In this document: in pieces, positions 18,112 through 26,299 of the stretch
Layout of the letters: every line of letters begins with the position of its first letter
Numbering within the stretch: the stretch's first letter is position 1
Assembly: GCA_039588275.1 (NCBI GenBank)
Contig: JBDHAC010000034.1
Span: forward strand, 29,997 to 65,807
Reading direction: 5' to 3'
DNA from: Gemmatimonadota bacterium
GTDB lineage: Bacteria; Gemmatimonadota; Gemmatimonadetes; Palauibacterales; Palauibacteraceae
DNA: 35,811 bases
Notes under the pieces: generated by a model
What the model was told of the DNA's origin: nothing
What the model saw: only the letters and a program-made list of their open reading frames with translations
Database searches by the model: none
Position numbers and translations under genes: made by a program

Positions 18112-18638
18112 TCTTCCCGCCGCTGGCTCTGGCCGCGGCGCTTATCGCCGCGGCCCTCTCGCCATCGAGGGCGAGAGCCCAGGAACCCGAGCAGCCCCCT
18201 GTAGCCCGCGATACGGGCGCCGTCGTGGTGGCGGACACGAGTGCCGTCATGGTCGCGGACACGGTCCCTCCGGTCAGTCCGGTCGGCGCCCTTTTTAGAT
18301 CGCTCGTGCTCCCCGGGTGGGGACAGACCGCGGTTCAACGGCCGGCCCGCGGCGCCGTCTATTTCGCAGCCGAGACGGCCAGCCTGTTCATGGTGTTCAA
18401 GACTCAAGCGAAGCTGAGTGCCGCGCAGCGGGCGAACCCACCCAACGAGAGCCTCGTCGACAGTCGCACGGCGCAACGTGAGAACTGGATCGTTCTTTCA
18501 GCCTTCATTGCGTTTCTGAGCGGCCTCGATGCGTGGGTGTCCGCCCACTTCTGGGATTTCGAGCCCGAGGTCACGGTCCCCGACGACGGCTCTCAAGGGA
18601 TTCAGGTCACCTATCGCATCCCGTTGAGGATCCCCTGA
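18024..18638 (+). CDS. DUF5683-like exported/membrane protein (start uncertain, overlaps tRNA-Sec)
   Basis: SP.GALFRSLVLPGWGQ and ..LDAWVSAHF.DF motifs; signal peptide LALAAALIAAALSPSRARA|Q; C-terminal beta-strand. Confidence 0.75.
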   Translation: MATGVVCGLQNRHGACKRPGWVRFPHVPAIFPPLALAAALIAAALSPSRARAQEPEQPPVARDTGAVVVADTSAVMVADTVPPVSPVGALFRSLVLPGWGQTAVQRPARGAVYFAAETASLFMVFKTQAKLSAAQRANPPNESLVDSRTAQRENWIVLSAFIAFLSGLDAWVSAHFWDFEPEVTVPDDGSQGIQVTYRIPLRIP

Positions 18639-19516
18639 CAAGGCACCCGCACCCGCGCGGTGAAGCCGCCCCGCTCCATTTCGCTGCCGCCGGGTCCACG
18701 GATTCCGGCGCCCCGATCGGGGTGTTCGACTCGGGAATCGGCGGGCTCACGGTCCTACGCGCGATTCACCAACGCCTCCCGGCCGAGTCCACCATCTACC
18801 TGGGCGACACGGCCCGCCTTCCGTATGGTCCCAAGTCCCCGGAGACGGTACGCCGTTACGCCGCCGAAGCGACGGCATTCCTGCTCGAGCGCGGGGTGAA
18901 GGCGCTGGTTATCGCGTGTAACACCGCGACAGCGCACGCGTGCGAAGGGATCGCCGAAGCGCTCGAGATCCCCGTCATCGGCGTCGTCGAGCCCGGGGCG
19001 CGCGCCGCTGTGCTGCGCTCCGAGGTGAGCACGATCGGGGTGATCGGCACGCAGGGCACAATCGAAAGCGGTACCTACGAGCGGGCGATCCACACCCAGA
19101 GCCCGAACGCGACGGTCCACTCTGCCGCATGCCCGCTGTTCGTGGCGCTGGCCGAGGAGGGCTGGGTAGAGGGCGAGGTCGCTCGCCTGACGGCGGAACG
19201 TTACCTACGGCCACTTCTGCGGCAGGGGATCGACACGCTCGTGCTCGGGTGTACGCATTACCCCCTGCTCAAACCGCTCATCGCCCGGGTGGCCGGGGCC
19301 GGCATCACACTGGTCGATTCGGCCGAGGCCACCGCGGCCGCGCTCGAGGAGGACCTCGAGCACAGCGGACTTCTCACGGGGAGCTCGGCGCCCGACGTGC
19401 GCGAGTATTTCGTGACGGATGACGCGGAGCGCTTCCGCGCGATCGCGAAGCTCTTTCTCGGCAGACCGCTGGATCACCTCGAGCCGGTCGATCTCGGAGA
19501 GCCGTTCGGCCGCTAG
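18635..19516 (+). CDS. murI: Glutamate racemase
   Basis: PIGVFDSGIGGLTV, YLGDTARLPYGPKS, IACNTA, LVLGCTHYP. Start inferred at CTG 18635 (see findings). Confidence 0.95.
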   Translation: MTRHPHPRGEAAPLHFAAAGSTDSGAPIGVFDSGIGGLTVLRAIHQRLPAESTIYLGDTARLPYGPKSPETVRRYAAEATAFLLERGVKALVIACNTATAHACEGIAEALEIPVIGVVEPGARAAVLRSEVSTIGVIGTQGTIESGTYERAIHTQSPNATVHSAACPLFVALAEEGWVEGEVARLTAERYLRPLLRQGIDTLVLGCTHYPLLKPLIARVAGAGITLVDSAEATAAALEEDLEHSGLLTGSSAPDVREYFVTDDAERFRAIAKLFLGRPLDHLEPVDLGEPFGR

Positions 19517-20259
19517 GAGGGCGGGTCATCCTCCCACCTGAGGAGACGTATGGAGCCCGGGTCGACGAGGGCATACGTGAAGTGGTGGATCCAGTCCCCC
19601 GCATTCAGGTAAAAGCGGCCCGGCTCGACTTCCCGGAGCTCCGGCCGGTGCGCGTGTCCGAACACCACCAGCTGCAGCGACGGATCCGCCCGCAGGAGCC
19701 TTGCGGCGTGCTGTGACAGATGGTCGGCCCGAGCGTCCTCTCCGCCCGGCCCCGCGGATTGCTTCTGCAACGTGGCGCTAGCGTGCGAGGCGACCCGAGT
19801 TCCAAGATCGGGGTGCACGAGGCGGAAGAGGGCCCTGCCCGGACCGCTCCGCGTCACGCGCTTCAGGAAGCGATAGCCCAGATCACCTCCACCCAGCCCG
19901 TCTCCGTGCGCCACGTATGCCCTCCGCCCCCCGACCTCGGTAACCACGGGCCCGTCCAGGAGCTCCAGTCCGATCTCGTCGCGCAGAAAGTCGCCCCCCC
20001 ATGCGTCGTGGTTTCCCCCCACCAGCCGCACGCGCACGCCAGCGCGGACGACATCGGTGAGGCGTCGGAGAGTATGGAAGTGGTTTCGCAGAATGACGCT
20101 ACGGTACTCGAACCAGAAGTCGAACAGATCGCCGTTGATCAGCAGTTCGGTCGCCAGCGACGGAATGCGCTCCAGAAGTTCCCCGAACGCCCGCTCGTTG
20201 TGGGCGGGAACGGCCCCCAGGTGTGCATCAGACACGATGAGCGTTGCGCGTGTGGCCAT
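19513..20259 (-). CDS. lpxH: UDP-2,3-diacylglucosamine hydrolase (LpxH-like metallophosphoesterase)
   Basis: SDAHLG, GDLFDFWFEY, GNHD, HGDG, FGHAH, YLNAGDW. Start ATG 20259 or 20271. Confidence 0.85.
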   Translation of the reverse strand: MATRATLIVSDAHLGAVPAHNERAFGELLERIPSLATELLINGDLFDFWFEYRSVILRNHFHTLRRLTDVVRAGVRVRLVGGNHDAWGGDFLRDEIGLELLDGPVVTEVGGRRAYVAHGDGLGGGDLGYRFLKRVTRSGPGRALFRLVHPDLGTRVASHASATLQKQSAGPGGEDARADHLSQHAARLLRADPSLQLVVFGHAHRPELREVEPGRFYLNAGDWIHHFTYALVDPGSIRLLRWEDDPPS

Positions 20260-20288
20260 GGCGGCCAACATACCCTGACCCGGAGTGT

Positions 20289-20317
20289 TTGACACCGGGA
20301 GGGACTGTGGATACGCT
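20289..20317 (+). promoter_or_regulatory. Sigma70 promoter for the thioesterase gene
   Basis: TTGACA(20289-20294)-N17-TACGCT(20312-20317), 30 nt upstream of GTG 20348. Confidence 0.7.
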
Positions 20318-20347
20318 CGCGACTGCTTGGCCATCCTGGGAGGTCGC

Positions 20348-20773
20348 GTGAGCCACGCGCTCGAGCTTCACGTCAGATATGCGGAAACGGACCAGATGGG
20401 CCGCGCACACCACGCGCACTTCCTCGTGTGGTGTGAGTCAGGCCGGTCCGCACTCATGCGTGAAGCCGGTGCGTCGTACGCCCGGCTGGAGGAGCGCGGT
20501 GTGCGGCTTCCTGTCTCGCGAGTGAAGGTCGCGTACCGGCGTCCCGTGGGATACGACGCGCTGGTGCGCGTGGAGACCCGTCTTGAGGAGGTCCGCAGCC
20601 GCAAGGTCGCCTTCTCGTATCGGATCCTGAACGGCGACGGCGAGGTGATCGCGACCGCATGGACCGAACTGGTCTCGACGGACACCGCGGGCCGTCCGAC
20701 GCGGCTCCCCGCCGACGTGCGCGAGCTACTGGAGTCACTCCGCGAAGTTCACGCGGGACAGGAGTTTGCTTGA
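20348..20773 (+). CDS. Acyl-CoA thioesterase, YbgC/FadM (hotdog) family
   Basis: VRYAETDQMG.AHHA.FL.W.E.GR and Y..P..YD. SD GGGAGG precedes GTG 20348. Confidence 0.88.
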   Translation: MSHALELHVRYAETDQMGRAHHAHFLVWCESGRSALMREAGASYARLEERGVRLPVSRVKVAYRRPVGYDALVRVETRLEEVRSRKVAFSYRILNGDGEVIATAWTELVSTDTAGRPTRLPADVRELLESLREVHAGQEFA

Positions 20774-20797
20774 CCCGCTTTCTCGACGGCGTATAGT
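20770..20797 (+). promoter_or_regulatory. Putative sigma70 promoter for lipoprotein-lptE
   Basis: TTGACC(20770-20775)-N16-TATAGT(20792-20797). Confidence 0.55.
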
Positions 20798-20807
20798 TTC
20801 GGTCCGT

Positions 20808-21491
20808 GTGAGCACGCGATCCAAGATCGGGGCGGTGCTGGTGATCAGCTCGATAGTCGGCGCTTGCGCCGCGTCGCTCCAGCGTGGTCCCCCGCTCGCA
20901 GATCCGGCTGAGGTCGCGGCAGGAGCCCGCGCGAGCAGTGGAGCGCAGCGTCCCTCTTGGGTGCGGTTCGAGTGGGAGTACGCGGATGAGCGCGGAAACC
21001 TCATGGGGGACGGCGTGAGCCGTGTGAACCCGCCCGACAGCTTCCGGCTCGACCTGTTCACGACCGGAGAGGGCGGGATGAGCGCCGTGCTCGTGGACGA
21101 TCTCCTCGAGACTCTCGGTGAGATCGAGGATGTGGAGTTCCCGTCTCCGGTCTTTCTGTATGCCATGGCGGGGGTCTTTCGTCCCGGGAACATGCCGCCC
21201 GCGGCGGGTTTCGAGAGTGACGGGACGGAGGTGCTCGAGTACGCCGGGGCGGACGGGGAGAGGCGTTACTACTTCCTGCGCGACGCGCGGCTCGTTAGGC
21301 TTGAGGAGCGTCGCGGCGACCGGTTGACGCGACGCATCGAGCTGGAGTGGGGTCCGGACCCCACGTGGCCCAGTGAGGCGAGGTATAGAGACGATCTCAC
21401 ACGAAACCGGGTTCGATGGGCGTTGGTGGAGGTGCGCGTGCAGGATGCGCGCTGGCCCGCGGGGATCTATGACCTGGGTCCGCCGCCCTAA
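20808..21491 (+). CDS. Hypothetical lipoprotein (beta-rich, possibly LolA/LolB-like fold)
   Basis: Basic N-terminus, hydrophobic core and lipobox IVGA-C; G.G.SRV.PPDSFRLDLF; alternating beta-strand pattern. Confidence 0.65.
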   Translation: MSTRSKIGAVLVISSIVGACAASLQRGPPLADPAEVAAGARASSGAQRPSWVRFEWEYADERGNLMGDGVSRVNPPDSFRLDLFTTGEGGMSAVLVDDLLETLGEIEDVEFPSPVFLYAMAGVFRPGNMPPAAGFESDGTEVLEYAGADGERRYYFLRDARLVRLEERRGDRLTRRIELEWGPDPTWPSEARYRDDLTRNRVRWALVEVRVQDARWPAGIYDLGPPP

Positions 21492-21978
21492 ATCTGTTGC
21501 GCCGTTCGCGCTCGCGCTCGCGACCGCTTGCTACAGCTTCTCCGGTGGCGGCGGCCTGCCCGGCCACATCGGAACCGCGTACGTCGAGCCGATCACGAAC
21601 GAGACGACTCGGTTCGGCCTGTCCGAGATCCTCACACAGGAGTTGTTGGACGCGGCCCGGGACCGCCTCGGGCTCCGACTTGCCGCGGAAGGCGAGGCGG
21701 ACGCGATCATTCGGGCTTCGATCCAGCGGTATGCCGACGACGCCGTCAACTTCGATTCCCGCGAGGGCGAGGGCGCCGATGTGTTCCAGCGACGGGTGAC
21801 GATTTCCGCGCGTGTGGAGATCTACGACGTGACGCGCGACGAGATCATCTGGACCAACCCGGGCCTTACCGGCGTCGGCGAATACGATCCGAACAACGAG
21901 ACGGAAGACCGGGGCACCGAAGTCGCGCTCGAGAACCTGATCCAGAAGATCGTGGATGGCGCCCAATCCCAGTGGTAG
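21469..21978 (+). CDS. lptE: LptE-family LPS assembly lipoprotein
   Basis: Lipobox LATA-C followed by YSFSGGG.LP.HI.T..V....NET, EADA...A.I..Y, V.I...V..YD, ending in W. Confidence 0.8.
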   Translation: MTWVRRPKSVAPFALALATACYSFSGGGGLPGHIGTAYVEPITNETTRFGLSEILTQELLDAARDRLGLRLAAEGEADAIIRASIQRYADDAVNFDSREGEGADVFQRRVTISARVEIYDVTRDEIIWTNPGLTGVGEYDPNNETEDRGTEVALENLIQKIVDGAQSQW

Positions 21979-21982
21979 ATCG

Positions 21983-22339
21983 ATGACCGACTCGCGAGGG
22001 AAGGTACGGCTCGGCTGCCTGCTCTTTTTGCTGCTCGTTGCGGTGGCGGGGTACGTGGGCGTGTTGTACATCGGGAGCGAGTTCGATTTTCGATCCCTGC
22101 GCGGGGAAGCGCAGCGGCAAGCCGGATTGGCGGCACAGACGACGGACCAGGAGATCCTCAACATCCTTCAGCGACGGGCCCGAGAGCTGGATCTTCCGCA
22201 ACAGGCGGAACGCATAGAGGTCCGCCGTCTCCCCGGGGACCAGATTCGGATCACGGGCCACTACTCCGACACGCTCAGATTCTTCAACCGCTGGGAGTGG
22301 ATTCGGCCGCGTCGGATCAACGTCCAACAGGCCTTCTAG
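21983..22339 (+). CDS. Hypothetical single-TM protein (DUF4845-like)
   Basis: RG.V.LGCL followed by a TM helix, helical body, I.I...Y...L beta-strands; 4 nt after the lptE stop. Confidence 0.6.
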   Translation: MTDSRGKVRLGCLLFLLLVAVAGYVGVLYIGSEFDFRSLRGEAQRQAGLAAQTTDQEILNILQRRARELDLPQQAERIEVRRLPGDQIRITGHYSDTLRFFNRWEWIRPRRINVQQAF

Positions 22340-22378
22340 AAGGCCGCGCGGCGACCAAGGGTTCGCGCGGAGCCGCCG

Positions 22379-22855
22379 TTGAGGTACTCCATCGGCCTCG
22401 GCCTCGTACTGGTAGCCGTGTGGCTTCTCCTCTCCGGTCACTACACCCTTCTGTTGCTCTCGCTCGGCGCGGTGTCGTGCGCCGGTGTTCTGGCCATCTC
22501 GATCAGAATGAACGTCGTTGACCGCGAAGGCGCACCTGTCGAGCTGCCCCTGCGGGCCCTCCGGTACCTCCCATGGCTTCTGTGGGAGATCATGAAAGCC
22601 AACGTTGACGTGGCGGGACGGATCCTTCGACCGGGCATGCCCATCAGCCCCCGGCTGATCAAGGTCCGTTGCACGCAGACGCATGACATCGGTCGCGTTA
22701 TCTTCGCGAACTCCATCACGCTGACCCCCGGCACGGTCTCTGTGGATACGCGCGGCGACGAGATCACGGTGCACGCGCTGACCGCCGAAGCGGCGGAGGG
22801 TCTGATCGAAGGGCATATGGACCGCCGCGTGACGCGTCTGGAAGGGGCCCGCTGA
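22379..22855 (+). CDS. mnhE: Na+/H+ antiporter subunit E
   Basis: WLLLSGHY, YLPWLLWEI.KAN.DVA..IL, FANSITLTPGTV, VHAL; TTG start. Confidence 0.92.
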   Translation: MRYSIGLGLVLVAVWLLLSGHYTLLLLSLGAVSCAGVLAISIRMNVVDREGAPVELPLRALRYLPWLLWEIMKANVDVAGRILRPGMPISPRLIKVRCTQTHDIGRVIFANSITLTPGTVSVDTRGDEITVHALTAEAAEGLIEGHMDRRVTRLEGAR

Positions 22856-23133
22856 TGTACGTGGCCGCCATGGCAGCGATCCTCGTCACGATGGGGCTCG
22901 CCCTGTCCCGCGCCGCGGCTGGGCCGACTGTATTCGACCGCATACTGGCGGTCAACATGTTCGGGACGAAGACCGTGCTGCTGATCGCCGTGATCGGGTT
23001 TCTGACTCGACGACCCGACTTCCTCGACCTGGCTCTCGTCTACGCGCTGATGAACTTCATCGGCGTGATCGCGGTCCTTCGGTTTTCGCGTTACGGGCAT
23101 TTCGCCGACCTCACCGAGGACGAGACCGGCTGA
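22855..23133 (+). CDS. mnhF: Na+/H+ antiporter subunit F
   Basis: R...GPTVFDRILA.N and DLALVYAL.NFIG..A. Confidence 0.92.
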   Translation: MYVAAMAAILVTMGLALSRAAAGPTVFDRILAVNMFGTKTVLLIAVIGFLTRRPDFLDLALVYALMNFIGVIAVLRFSRYGHFADLTEDETG

Positions 23134-23135
23134 CC

Positions 23136-23465
23136 ATGGATCTGGTGCTCGACGTTCTCAGTATAGCGTGCCTGCTCATCGGCTCGGCGTTCGCGGTCAT
23201 TGGGGGCGTCGGTATCGTGCGGCTACCCGACTTCTTCGCTCGGATCCATGGAGCCGGGATCACCGACACGCTGGGCGCCGGATTCATCCTCCTCGGCTTG
23301 ATGTTCCAGGCGGGGCTCACGCTGATCCTGGTGAAGCTGCTTCTGATCTGGTTCTTTCTGTTCATCACCAGCCCGACATCGACCCATGCACTTGCCAAGT
23401 CGGCACTGACGCACGGGGTGGAACCGGAGCTGGCGGAAACGGGGGACGTGCCATTCCTGGGGTAG
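23136..23465 (+). CDS. mnhG: Na+/H+ antiporter subunit G
   Basis: G..G..RLPDFFARIH....DTLG and F.F.TSP...HALA.SA. Confidence 0.92.
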   Translation: MDLVLDVLSIACLLIGSAFAVIGGVGIVRLPDFFARIHGAGITDTLGAGFILLGLMFQAGLTLILVKLLLIWFFLFITSPTSTHALAKSALTHGVEPELAETGDVPFLG

Positions 23466-24046
23466 GGGCAGCTGCGACCCAGCTGATTACGGTCCTGATC
23501 CTGACGTTGCTCGCGCTCACGGCGATCACGATCGTGCGCATGCGCCAGCTGTGGGCCGCCGTGATGCTCATGGGCATCTACAGCTTCCTCGGCGCTTCGT
23601 GGATGTTGATGCTCGACGCGCCCGATGTGGCGTTTACCGAAGCCGCCGTGGGGGCAGGCATCTCGACGTTCCTCGCGCTCGCCACGCTCGCGCTCACGAC
23701 CCGGAGGGCCAAAGGGCCGGTCCACCGGCCGCTGCTGCCCCTCGTCGTGGTCGTGATTACCGGCGCCGCGCTCGTCTACGGCACGCTGGACATGCCCCAT
23801 TTCGGGGACCCGGAAGCTCCCGCCCAGCGATATCCGGAGCCATCGTACATCGAGCGGGCCGAGTCGGAGATCGAAGTGCCGAACGTGGTCACCGCCGTGC
23901 TGGCCAGCTACCGGGGCTACGACACGCTGGGTGAGACCGTCGTGATCTTCACGGCCGGACTCGGAGTGCTCCTGCTCTTGCGGCGAGGCCGCTTCCGGAG
24001 ACTGGAGGTGGAGCGCGAACGGGCCCAGGAGGAGGAGCGCGCATGA
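23453..24046 (+). CDS. DUF4040 / MnhB N-terminal subunit of Mrp-type antiporter (start uncertain)
   Basis: L.APDVAFTEAAVGAG and PNVVTAVLASYRGYDTLGE..V. No ATG/GTG before TM1; ATT 23453 is proposed. Confidence 0.85.
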   Translation: MPGVGAAATQLITVLILTLLALTAITIVRMRQLWAAVMLMGIYSFLGASWMLMLDAPDVAFTEAAVGAGISTFLALATLALTTRRAKGPVHRPLLPLVVVVITGAALVYGTLDMPHFGDPEAPAQRYPEPSYIERAESEIEVPNVVTAVLASYRGYDTLGETVVIFTAGLGVLLLLRRGRFRRLEVERERAQEEERA

Positions 24047-24465
24047 CTGCGCAGACGATCCTGCGGGTCGTGGCGAAGTTGCTCGTCCCGCTGATTCTCC
24101 TGTTCGCGCTGTACGTCCAGTTCCATGGGGATTACGGTCCGGGTGGGGGATTTCAGGCGGGTGTGATCTTCGGGGCGGGATTCATACTCTACGGCTTGAT
24201 CTTCGGTGTGACCGCCGTTCGACGCGTCGCCCGCAGAAGGCTGATCGAGTCCCTCGTCGCGATCGGCGTTCTGATCTTCGCTGGGACCGGCGTGGCCACG
24301 ATGCTCTGGGGCGGCAACTTTCTGGAGTACGCTGCCTTCAACGAGCACCACCCGGCGCACGGCCAGCATATCGGAATCCTCCTCATCGAGCTTGGCGTGG
24401 GGATCACGGTGGCAGCGGTAATCATCTCGATCTTCTTCACCTTCGCCGGTCGCGGACGGGCCTGA
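24043..24465 (+). CDS. mnhB: Na+/H+ antiporter subunit B
   Basis: LFALYVQFHGDYGPGGGFQAG and IELGVG..V. Confidence 0.92.
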   Translation: MTAQTILRVVAKLLVPLILLFALYVQFHGDYGPGGGFQAGVIFGAGFILYGLIFGVTAVRRVARRRLIESLVAIGVLIFAGTGVATMLWGGNFLEYAAFNEHHPAHGQHIGILLIELGVGITVAAVIISIFFTFAGRGRA

Positions 24466-24821
24466 TGGACAGCATCCTCGGGCTGTACAATTACTGGGTC
24501 GTCATCTTCCTGATGATGACCGGGTTCTACATCGTCATCTCGCGCGAGAACCTCATCAGGAAGGTCATCGGTCTCAACATCTTTCAGACCTCTGTCTTTC
24601 TCATGTACATCACGATCGGGAAGGTGAGGGGAGGCACCGCCCCCATCGTGTCGGAGGAGTTCACGGTCTACACGAATCCGCTTCCGAGCGTCCTCATCCT
24701 GACCGCGATCGTGGTCGGGGTGGCCACCACGGCGGTCGCACTCGCGCTGGTCGTCCGCATCTACGAGGCGTACGAGACGATCCAGGAGCACGAGATCCAG
24801 GAGCAGGATCCGCTCCCGTGA
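24465..24821 (+). CDS. mnhC: Na+/H+ antiporter subunit C
   Basis: NLIRKVIGL and NPLP.VLILTAIVVGVA..A. Confidence 0.93.
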   Translation: MDSILGLYNYWVVIFLMMTGFYIVISRENLIRKVIGLNIFQTSVFLMYITIGKVRGGTAPIVSEEFTVYTNPLPSVLILTAIVVGVATTAVALALVVRIYEAYETIQEHEIQEQDPLP

Positions 24822-26299
24822 TCGAACCGCACCTCCCGATCCTTCAGATCATCGTACCGCTGATCGCGGCGCCGCTTTGCGTGCTGCTGCGACACGCGAA
24901 GCTGGTGACCGCATTCGCGATCCTCGCGTGCTGGGTCACGTTCGCGCTCGCGATCTTGTTGCTGGATCAAGTCATCGCGACCGGCGTGGTGACGTACGAG
25001 CTCGGCGGGTGGGCGGCCCCCTGGGGGATCGAGTACCGAGTCGACGCCCTGAGTGCCTTCGTGTTGCTGTTCGTGTCCGGAATCGGCGCGATCGTCATGT
25101 CATTCGCGCCCCGGAGCCTGGTGAACGAGATCGCGGAGCACCGCCGGTACCTGTTCTGCGCGACCTATCTACTTTGCTTGACCGGCCTGCTCGGAATCGC
25201 GATCACCGGTGATCTTTTCAACTTGTTCGTGTTCCTCGAGATCTCGGCGCTGTCTTCCTACACGCTGATCGCGCTGGGCGGGAAGAGGCAGGCGCTTCCC
25301 GCCGCATTCCAGTACCTCGTGATGGGCACGATCGGGGCGACCTTCATCCTGATCGGGATCGGTCTCATGTACATGATGACCGGTACCCTGAACATGGCGG
25401 ACATGGCGTCGCGTCTGGAGCTCGCCGACGGCGTGCGAACCGCGCTGGTGGCGTTCGGCTTCCTCTCGGTGGGAATCAGCCTCAAGATGGCGCTGTTTCC
25501 GCTGCACCTGTGGCTGCCCAACGCGTACGCGTTCGCGCCTTCCGTCGTAACCGCCTTCCTGGCCGCGACTGCCACCAAGGTCTCGGTCTATATCCTTCTC
25601 CGCTTCGTGTTCAGCGTCTTCGGGATCGGCTTCGCGTTCGAGGCCATGCCGCTCGATGCGATCCTGATGCCGCTCGCCCTCATCGGGATCTTCGTCGCCT
25701 CGACTGTCGCGATCTTCCAGAGCGACATCAAGCGGATGCTCGCGTATTCCAGCGTCGCGCAGATCGGATACATGGTGCTGGGCATTTCGTTCGCTTCAGT
25801 CACCGGGCTCACGGGCGGCATCGTCCACATGTTCAACCACGCGCTCATGAAGGGGGGCCTGTTCCTGGCGATGGGCTGCGTGGCCCTGCGGCTCGGTTCC
25901 GTCGATATCGACGACATGCGGGGGGTCGGGCGGCGCATGCCGTTCACGATGGCGGCATGGGTCGTCGGCGGCCTCGGGCTCATCGGGGTGCCCGTGACCG
26001 TCGGCTTCATCAGCAAGTGGTACCTGATTCAGGCCGCCCTCGAGAGGAGCTGGTGGCCGGTGGCCGTTCTCGTGTTGATGAGCTCGCTCCTGGCTCTGGT
26101 CTATGTCTGGCGGGTGGTCGAGGTCGCCTACTTCAAGGAACCGTCCGACAGGGCGAGGGACGCGAACGAGGCACCACTCTCGATGCTCGTTCCGACCTGG
26201 GTGTTGATCGGGGCCACGCTGTTCTTCGGGCTCTCCACCTCGGCCTCCGCGGGGGTCGCAGGACAGGCGGCCCGGATCTTACTGGGCGGATCACCTTGA
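24818..26299 (+). CDS. mnhD: Na+/H+ antiporter subunit D (antiporter-like subunit 1)
   Basis: GGW.APWGI, TGDLFNLFVFLEI, LK.ALFPLH.WLP.AY, KRMLAYSSVAQIG, NHA.MK. Confidence 0.92.
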   Translation: MIEPHLPILQIIVPLIAAPLCVLLRHAKLVTAFAILACWVTFALAILLLDQVIATGVVTYELGGWAAPWGIEYRVDALSAFVLLFVSGIGAIVMSFAPRSLVNEIAEHRRYLFCATYLLCLTGLLGIAITGDLFNLFVFLEISALSSYTLIALGGKRQALPAAFQYLVMGTIGATFILIGIGLMYMMTGTLNMADMASRLELADGVRTALVAFGFLSVGISLKMALFPLHLWLPNAYAFAPSVVTAFLAATATKVSVYILLRFVFSVFGIGFAFEAMPLDAILMPLALIGIFVASTVAIFQSDIKRMLAYSSVAQIGYMVLGISFASVTGLTGGIVHMFNHALMKGGLFLAMGCVALRLGSVDIDDMRGVGRRMPFTMAAWVVGGLGLIGVPVTVGFISKWYLIQAALERSWWPVAVLVLMSSLLALVYVWRVVEVAYFKEPSDRARDANEAPLSMLVPTWVLIGATLFFGLSTSASAGVAGQAARILLGGSP

